Assembly (NCBI GenBank): GCA_964016885.1
Contig: OZ024757.1
Location: forward strand, 6,014,001 to 6,078,000
Source of the DNA: Eledone cirrhosa
Taxonomy: Eukaryota
DNA: 64,000 nt
Reading direction: 5' to 3'
This document shows, piece by piece, positions 55,337 to 64,000 of the stretch (positions are counted from its first letter, which is position 1; the number at the start of each line of letters is the position of its first letter). The notes beneath the pieces are model-generated. The model worked only from the letters and a program-made list of their open reading frames with translations, was not told the origin of the DNA and made no database searches. A program made the translations under genes and the position numbers.

Positions 55337-58300
55337 CCCTTTAGCATTTATATTACTCTATATATACTATTGTATTTCCATGGTAAAGTCTTTACTTCAC
55401 ATAACATTTACATTACTCTATATATACTATTGTATTTCCATGGTAAAGTCTTTACCTCATATAACATTTACATTACTCTATATATACTATTGTATTTCCA
55501 TGGTAAAGTCTTTATATCACATAACATTTACACTACTCTATATATACTATTATATTTCCATGGTAAAGTCTTTACTTCACATAACATTTACATTAATCTA
55601 TATATACTATTATATTTCCATGGTAAAGTCTTTACCTCACATAACATTACTCTATATATACTATTGTATTTCCATGGTAAAGTCTTTATATTACATAACA
55701 TTTACATTACTCTATATATACTATTGTATTTCCGTGGTAAAGTCTTTACCTTACATAACATTTACATTACTCTATATATCATCATCATCATCATCATCAC
55801 CGTTTTACGTCCGTTCTTCCAAGCTAGCATGGGTTAGACGGGTTGTCCTGTTGTGTGTAGTGTCTGGTCGGCTGACCATGCCTTGCTCATACAGGAGCTG
55901 ATCTGGCTTGATTTCTACAGCTGGATGCCCTTCCTAACACCAACCTCATTTACAGTGAGTGCTGGGTGCTTTTTCGTGGCGCCTACACGTCCACTTTACA
56001 GTGTGGGCTGGGTGCTTTTTTGCCGTGGCACCTCCACGACCACCTTGTGGTGGGGGGTGTGGGGGCATATTGTTTATATTCTTCAGCATGTACCCATGGG
56101 AGGTCGGGTACTCTGTATTACTGCGTGACGCCAGAAGTCACGGTCGTGTGTCATTGTCTTTGAGAGGTGTAATTGGGTAAGGTCGGCTTTTATCACCTCA
56201 TCCCAGGTCATCTTGGGTCTCCCCACTCCGCGGTTTCCATCAACTTCTAGTGCTCTGCACCTTTTTATGCAGCTGTCATCCTTCATACGCATCACATGTC
56301 CATACCAGCGCAACCGCCTCTCCTGCACACAGCATTTGATTCCTCTTATGCTCAGTCTTTCTCTCAATTCATTTATGCTTTGTCGTTCACGTATATTACT
56401 GTTACACATCCATCGGAGCATGCAGGCTTCGTTTCTCTCTAATCTACGTAAGTCTTCCACCTTCAGCGCCCAGGTCTCACTACCATGCAACATCGCTGTT
56501 CGGATACACGCATCATACAGTCTGCCTTTCATTCTGAGGGAGAAGCCTTTTGCAGCTAGCAGTGGTAGTAGTTCCCTAAACTTCTTCCATCCCGTTCTTA
56601 CCCTAGTTATTGTACTTTCTGAACACCCACCTCCGTTGCTAATTCGGTCACCTAGGTAGCAGAAGCTGTCTACTGTTTCTACAGGGCCCTCCCAGAGATT
56701 GGTGCTACTTGTTTCCTGTGGCTGTTTGCTGCTTGCTGTTTCAGCACAGCTGCTGCATGTGAATTCTACATTCTTAATTAAGCTTCCTGAGATCCCGCTA
56801 CATCTCTTGTGTACCCATTGTTTGCATTTGGGGCAGAGAATGGAGTTCCTACCTACACCTTTCCTACATACTGAGCAAGGCCATTTCCCTGAGGGGATCT
56901 GGGTTCTGTTTTCTCGTCTACTTACAAGGACCTTAGTCTTTGTCATGTTGACTTTGAGACCCTTTCTTTCTAGTCCCTGCTTCCAGGTTTGGAATTTATT
57001 CTCTAGTTCTACCATAGATTCAGCTATGAGTGCGAGGTCATCAGCATACAGGAGTTCCCATGGGCATCCGGTCTTAAACTCCTCCGTTATTGCCTGCAGG
57101 ACTATGATGAACAGGAGAGGGCTAAGAACAGAGCCCTGGTGGACCCCAACCTGTACGCTAAATTCCTCGCTATACTCATTGCTAATCCTAACTTTGCTGA
57201 CTGCTCCCCTATACACGGCTTGTACCGCTTTCACAAGCCATTCATCTACTCCTAGTTTTCTAAGAGCCCACCAGATTACAACACGTGGAACTCTGTCAAA
57301 GGCTTTCTCAAGGTTGACAAATGCCAAGTAGAGTGGCTTACTTTTAGCTAGGTACTTTTCCTGTAATTGCCTCACAAGGAAAAGGGCATCAGTGGTGCCT
57401 CTTCCTGGTACAAACCCAAATTTTCACCCGGTCCCTAATCAGCTGTGCTATAACTCTTTCTGTTACTTTCATGACCTGGTCCATATACTATTGTATTTCC
57501 ATGGTAAAGTCTTTACTTCACATAACATTTACATTACTCTATATATACTATTGTATTTCCATGGTAAAGTCTTTACTTCACATAACATTTACATTACTCT
57601 ATATATACTATTGTATTTCCATGGTAAAGTCTTTACCTCACATAACATTTACATTACTCTATATATACTATTATATTTCCATGGTAAAGTCTTTACCTCA
57701 CATAACATTTACATTACTCTATATATACTATTGTATTTCCATGGTAAAGTCTTTATCTCACATAACATTTACATTACTCTATATATACTGTTGTATTTCC
57801 ATGGTAAAGTCTTTATCTCACATAACATTTACATTACTCTATATATACTATTATATTTCCATGGTAAAGTCTTTACCTCACATAACATTTACATTACTCT
57901 ATATATACTATTGTATTTCCATGGTAAAGTCTTTACCTCACATAACATTTACATTACTCTATATATACTATTATATTTCCATGGTAAAGTCTTTACCTCA
58001 CATAACATTTACATTACTCTATATATACTATTGTATTTCCATGGTAAAGTCTTTACCTCACATAACATTTACATTACTCTATATATACTATTGTATTTCC
58101 ATGGTAAAGTCTTTACCTCACATAACATTACATTACTCTATATATACTATTGTATTTCCATGGTAAAGTCTTTACCTCACATAACATTTACATTACTCTA
58201 TATATACTATTGTATTTCCATGGTAAAGTCTTTACCTCACATAACATTTACATTACTCTATATATACTATTGTATTTCCATGGTAAAGTCTTTACCTCAC

Positions 58301-58561
58301 ATAACATTTACATTACTCTATATATACTATCGTATTTCCATGGTAAAGTCTTTACCTCACATAACATTTACATTACTCTATATATACTATTGTATTTCCA
58401 TGGTAAAGTCTTTACTTCACATAATATAGAATCTATGAGATTTTGATATTATTTATATTGAGAACAATACTTTAATATCAGTATGAGTGGCGAGTTACGG
58501 GTGTTTTAAAAAGAAAAAGAGGACAGAACAGCCGGTTATTGCCGGTTTAAATGTTAAAGGG
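55337..58561. mobile_element. TTAA MITE with an internal 60-bp satellite expansion and a nested RTE
   Basis: TTAA|CCCTTTAGCATTTA ... TAAATGTTAAAGGG|TTAA. 60-bp units span 55345-55778 and 57483-58425. Confidence 0.9.
55779..57482 (-). mobile_element. Young 5'-truncated RTE LINE (open 430-aa RT-PHD-C-terminal ORF)
   Basis: ORF 56083-57375, very similar to 4098-5970, with an (ATG)n tail. Confidence 0.94.
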
Positions 58562-58565
58562 TTAA

Positions 58566-58770
58566 CACTTTAGCATTTACATTATTTTATATATACTATT
58601 ATATTTTCATGGTAAAGGCTTTACCTCACATAATATAGAATCTATGAGATTTTGAAAGTATTTATTTTGAGAACAATACCTTAACATCAGTTTGAGCGAC
58701 CAGTTACAGCCAGTTTCAACAGAAAGAGGTAGAGAATTCTGGCCGGTTTTGGTGGTTTGACACTAAAGGG
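58566..58770. mobile_element. Second, unexpanded TTAA MITE copy in tandem
   Basis: Shares TTAA 58562-58565 with the previous copy; ends AAAGGG|TTAA at 58771-58774. Confidence 0.85.
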
Positions 58771-58879
58771 TTAAACAACTTTCATTGGATAATGTTCCAA
58801 TTTCCTCTCTTTGGGATTCAATTTTGATTTTGATTAAAATTTTTTCTAAGTCGTTTTCAAACATTTTATAAAATTGATC

Positions 58880-59300
58880 GAAGCTGTGAAGTAGGAAGAC
58901 CTAGGATGAGGTGATAAAAGCTGACCTCACACAATTAATGGAAGCTATGAAGTAGGAAGACCTAGTTTGAGGTGATAACAGCTGACCTCACACAATTAAT
59001 GGAAGCTATGGAGAAGGAAGACCTGGGATGAGGTGATAAAAGCTGACCTCACACAATTAATGGAAGCTATGAAGTAGGAAGACCTAGTTTGAGGTGATAA
59101 AAGCTGACCTCACACGATTGATGGGAGCTATAGAGTAGGAAGACCTGGGATGAGGTGATAAAAGCTGACCTCACACAATTAATGGAAGCTATGGAGAAGG
59201 AAGACCTGGGATGAGGTGATAACAGCTGACCTCACACAATTAATGGAAGCTATGGAGTAGGAAGACCTAGTTTGAGGTGATAAAAGCTGACCTCACACAA
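58880..59300 (+). repeat. 61-bp minisatellite (7 units) derived from the RTE ORF C-terminus
   Basis: GAAGCTATG..GTAGGAAGACCTGGGATGAGGTGATAAAAGCTGACCTCACACAATTAATG (TWDEVIKADLTQL); the RTE sequence resumes at ~59301. Confidence 0.9.
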
Positions 59301-59404
59301 TTCTCAAAGACAATGACACAGGATAGAGATCTTTGGAGTTATACAGTAATATAGAAGACCAGCTTTCCCTAGCATTGGTATCAATGACTCCCACATGGAC
59401 ATCA

Positions 59405-59850
59405 ATTCTATTCTATTCTAAGGTGGGTAAAATTCCCGAGATCCATGGATGAGTTCTCTCCAGCGGTCGCTGTCCCTCATTATCGCTGCCATGTCCTGCG
59501 TCTCCAATAGACCAGTGTCTGTCCTTAGGAGGGCATCAACATACGTTAACCTTGGTTTTCCTCTTCTAGTGTGTCCATGTAGGGGCTCCCAAAGGAGCAC
59601 TGAGTGCAATGTCAACTCTGGATGTCGGTGAGCATGTCCAGTCTCCTCTGTGTCACTTTTGAGCTGACTTTTGGGATGCTCCCATACAGCTCTGAGTTTT
59701 TCATCCTCAGTGTATATTGATTAATGTTCAGAGCCATCCTCAGCATTCTCGTGTAGCACCCATCCACCATCTGAGTGAGTTTCTTGGTCAGCGTCCAAGT
59801 CTCAGACCCATACAGCAGCACAGACTCCACTACAGCAATGAAGACATTGC
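59405..59850 (-). mobile_element. 3' fragment of an RTE-like LINE related to 26.6-30.3 kb
   Basis: VESVLLYGSETWTLT, DGCYTRMLR, LLWEP; (TAGAA)n tail. Confidence 0.8.
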
Positions 59851-60097
59851 TTGACATCAATACACATCTACATATATGCACATTACTATATACACACCTA
59901 ACATATTGAAGAACCCCATCGGTCACGAATGACCATGTGATTGGCAACTAGAAAGTTCCCCTCTGAGGCACAAGTCTGGTTGTTTGAGGAAGACCAGCAG
60001 TCACCCAAGTATACCAGTTTACCCTCTCCATGCCACAGATGTTGTCCAAGGGAAAGGTAATGGCTGATACAGCTTGGAACATCACTACATATATATA

Positions 60098-60993
60098 CAT
60101 GGTGTGTCAGAAAAGTTCCAGGACTGATGTCACAAAAGATTTATTTCAAACCCAAACTTCACACTAAAAGTTATCTCCTTCAAAGTAATCCCCCTGGAGT
60201 ATGTAACTGTAATCTTAGCTCTCTGCAGCGATCAAACTTTTTTCTTCATAATTTTATATACATGTCCTCTGTTTCAGGTCGTCAAGCAATGAGCACAGAG
60301 CAACGAACAAACTTGAAAACTCCGTCAGAAGCACTGGGATTGCTGCAGCAAGTGTATGGAGATGAGACGATGTCACGCTCACATGTTTTTGAGTGGTGCA
60401 AGAGGTTTAAAGAAGGATGCGACGACGTGGAAGATGACCCCAGGAGCGGAAGGTCCTCAACAACAAGGACTGAGGTCAACATTGAGCGTGTTAGGCAGAT
60501 GGTGCATAGCAATCGTCGGCTGACTGTTCGACTGATGGTTAATGAGCTGGGCATGAATCGGGACAGCGTCTGGAAGATTCTCACTGAAGATTTGGACATG
60601 CGGAAAGTCTGCGCGAAGATGGTGCCAAAACTGCTGAACGATGACCAGAAGGGTCGACGCATGCAAGTGTGCCAGGATATGCTCCAGCGACTTGAAACTG
60701 AACCAGACTTGTTAGGGACAGTCATCACCGGTGATGAGTCATGGATCTTCGAGTACAACCCGGAGGGGACCCGTTTTGAAGATGTAGATGACATCAAAAA
60801 GGCCGTGACGATGGAACTGTGGAGGGTCCCGGAAGAATTCTTCCAGGAGTGCATGCAAGCTTGGCAGAAAAGGATGGAAAAGTGCATTAGACTCCAGGGG
60901 GATTACTTTGAAGGAGAAAACTCTTAGTGTGAAGTTTGGGTTTGAAATAAATTTTTTGTGACATCAGTCCTGGAACTTTTCTGACCCACCTCA
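60098..60993 (+). mobile_element. Non-autonomous mariner with ~103-bp inverted ends and an internally deleted but open transposase ORF (60289-60927)
   Basis: TA flanks; HTH region (VFEWCKRFKEG, DDPRSGR), MVPKLL, TGDESW then a jump to GTRFED...GDYFEG. Confidence 0.93.
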
Positions 60994-61024
60994 TATATAT
61001 ATATATATATATACACTGTCTACA

Positions 61025-61740
61025 TTATATATTATACACTATATATGTTGTCCATGGGAAACTCAATGGCTGATACAGCTTGACACCAGTGACATCACAA
61101 CATATATACACTATATATATATACTGTGTACAATATATATATACAATATATATGATGTTGTCCAAGGGAAAAGCAATGACTGATACAGCTTTATATATAT
61201 ATACACACTGTGTACAGTATATATTATACACTATATATATTGTCCAAGGGAAAGGTAATGGCTGATACAGCTTGGCACCTGTGACATCACAACATATATA
61301 TATACACTATATATATATTATATATACACTGTGTACAATATATATTATACACTATATGTGTTGTCCAAGGGAAAAGCAATGGCTGACACAGCTTGGCACC
61401 AGTGACATCACAACATAGATACACTATATATATATATATATATATATATACACTGTGTACAATATATATTATACACTATATATGTTGTCCAAGGGAAAGG
61501 AAATGGCTGATACAGCTTGGCACCAGTGACATCACAACATATATATACACTGTGTACACTATATATTATACACTATATATGTTGTCCAAGGGAAAGGAAA
61601 TGGCTGATACAGCTTGGCACCAGTGACATCACAACATATATATACACTATATATATATATATACACACCATATATGTTGTCCAAGGGAAAGGCAATGCCT
61701 GACACAGCTTGGCACCAGTGACATCACAACATATATATAT
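61025..61740. repeat. Composite tandem repeat: SINE-tail segment plus variable AT spacer (~7 units)
   Basis: GTTGTCCAAGGGAAAGGCAATGGCTGATACAGCTTGGCACCAGTGACATCACAAC repeated with TATATACAC-type spacers. Confidence 0.88.
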
Positions 61741-62167
61741 AACTTATATCCCAGACATCCATAGATTATTTCTATTCTACAGCTATCTCTCTTCACCAGT
61801 TTCAAAATGTTCTGTTTACGTTATTATTATTATCATTCACTTGTTTCCACAATGTATATACTTCGACCTTGTTTTTGATATAAACCATGTTGGACATTGT
61901 GTCTTTCTCTACAAACTCATCCCTAAACCCTGTCATCACCTCCCCTTTCTCCCACTCATTCATTTCGGTGTTTACGAAGCTTGGTGACCATCTTCAAAGT
62001 TCTTGCATACTTGCCTTGTCTAATATGCCTACTTATATCTGCTTATTTCCCCCGAATCTCCTGTCATGATATATGTCATGATGGCTACCTATCTCACAAT
62101 TTCCCACTCACCACCATAGGCTATTTGACCAATCAAACCTCAGCAACATGTCCTTACCCATTACTAC

Positions 62168-62498
62168 CCCAACAAACTCTGCCATTACTACTACTGTCCT
62201 TCCCCTTACCAGCCACAACAAACTCTGCCATTACTACTATTGTCCTTCTAGCCCTTACCAGCCCCAACTAACTGCCATTACTACTACTGACCTTCTAGCC
62301 CTTACCAGCTCCAACAAACTCTGCCATTACTGCTACTGTCCTTCTGGCCCTTACAAGCTCCAACAAACTCTGCCATTACTACTACTGTCCTTCTAACCCT
62401 TACTAGCCCCAACAAACTCTGCCATTACTACTACTGTCCTTCTAGCCCTTACAAGCCCCAACAAACTCTGCCATTACTACTACTGTCCTTCTAGCCCT
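62168..62498 (+). repeat. 49-bp minisatellite (~7 units) in the RTE 5' UTR
   Basis: CCAACAAACTCTGCCATTACTACTACTGTCCTTCTAGCCCTTAC.AGCC; a single related unit lies at ~7850-7900 on - in the full RTE. Confidence 0.85.
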
Positions 62499-62499
62499 G

Positions 62500-64000
62500 C
62501 ACCAAAGAATACTTGATTACAGTTATGTATGGAGGAGCGAAGGATAAATGGAACAACACCGAATAAATGAATATGAATCTGCTAGTTACCAAGCTCCCAT
62601 TATGAAGCTTTAATTCAGAGACAGGAAGCATACACACTCCCCTGCAAAAATTCACCCTCTCCCACAAATGATGGCAAATGTCCCAAACTCTGAGTTTGAA
62701 CCATCGACATAAGCACAATGAAAGGAAGGGAAGGAGAAATTATAGACATGCTAGAGTGAAAGGATATTGACGTATGCTGTGTGCAAGAGACTAGATGGAG
62801 AGGAGAGTCCGCTAGAGTCCTTGTAGGCAAAAGTCAGTGCTGTAAATTTTTCTGGGTGGGAAATGACAATGGGATGGGTGGTGTAGGTATACTATTAACT
62901 GAGAAATGGGTAGATAACGTATTGTTAACCAGGTAATACTAGAGGGTGTCATACCAAAGGATAGGTGCAGCAGCATCATTGTCAACTGCTACAAGGGTAA
63001 AGTAGATGCACTAGATAGAATAAACTATAGAGGTATAAAGCTGATGGACCAGGTCATGAAAGTAATGGAACGAGTCACAGCACATTTGATCAAGGACTGG
63101 GTAAAACTAGGTGAGATGCAGTTTCAGTTGTTGCAGGAAAAAGCACCACTGATGCCCTCTTCCTTGTGAGGCAGTTACAGGTAAAGTACCTAGCTAAAAG
63201 TAAGCTGCTCTCCCTGGCTTTTGTCGATATGGAAAGAGCCATCCACAGAGTGCCCCGTGCTATAATCTGGTGGGCTTTTAGAAAACTAGGAGTAGATTAG
63301 TGGCTTGTGAAAGCTGTACAAGCCATGTATAGGGGACATGTCAGTAAAGTTAGACTTAACAATTACTATAGCGAGGAATTTAGCATACAGGTCGGTGTCC
63401 ACCAGGGCTCTGTTCTTAGCCTTCTCCTGTTTATAATAGTATTGCATGCTATAACAGAGGAGTTTAAGACCTGATGCCCATAGGAACTCCTATATGCGGA
63501 TGATCTTACACTTATAGCTGAATCTATGGCAGAACTAAAGAAACAAGCACCACCAAATTCTCTGGGAGAGCTCTGTAAAAACAATAGACAGCTTTTGCTA
63601 CCTAGGTGACCGAATAAGCAGGAGGTGAGTGTTCTGAAAGTACAGTAACCAGGGTAATAACGGGATTGAAGAAGTTCAGGGAGCTACTGCCACTGCTAGC
63701 TGCAAAAGGCTTTTCCATCAAAATGAAAGGCAGTCTGTATGATGCGTGCATACAAACAGCAATGTTACATGGTAGTGAGACCTGGGCGCTGTCTGTAGAA
63801 GACTTGCGTAGATTAGAAAGAAACGAAGCTTGCATGCTCCGATGGATGTGTAATAGTAATATACACGAACGGCAAAGCATTAACAAATTGAGAGAGAGAC
63901 AGAGCATCAGAGGAATCAAATGCTGTGTGCAGGAGAGGAGGTTGTGTTGGTATGGACATGTGATGTGTATGAAGGATGAAAGCTACATAAACAGATGCAG
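62500..64000 (+). mobile_element. Internally deleted, decayed RTE LINE (runs off window)
   Basis: Endonuclease N-terminus joined directly to RT at ~62920, a second deletion removing the PHD at ~63540, and many stops. Confidence 0.88.

Noticed and set aside
57392-58446. 345-aa and 231-aa repetitive ORFs
   Set aside because: The 60-bp unit is a multiple of 3; derived from non-coding MITE sequence.
61025-61740. CRISPR-like constant repeat with variable spacers
   Set aside because: Eukaryotic context, no cas genes, the repeat is a SINE tail, and the spacers are related low-complexity AT sequence.

Overview
Animal genomic DNA, most likely an octopus or other cephalopod (inferred from the KRAB-less tandem C2H2 genes, CORE-type tRNA SINEs, RTE LINE density and long (TA)n tracts). 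The backbone is a tandem cluster of four related minus-strand C2H2 zinc-finger genes made by segmental duplication. Copy 1 is intact with 14 fingers (1380-2654). Copy 2 is a frameshifted pseudogene with ~19 fingers (19017-20703). Copy 3 was destroyed by an inversion/deletion (~33.4-34.3 kb). Copy 4 is intact with 8 fingers (52637-53404). The rest is mostly decayed mobile DNA: many copies of an RTE LINE carrying a PHD finger inside its reverse transcriptase, a second RTE-clade LINE without it, SINEs, mariner and maT transposons, a TTAA MITE, and a Penelope remnant with a hammerhead motif. Most mini/satellites here can be traced to a parent sequence (zinc finger, MITE, SINE tail, parts of the RTE). 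A ~610-bp palindrome carries a histone-stem-loop-like motif in each arm. Coordinates were read by eye and are approximate for decayed elements; no database search was run.
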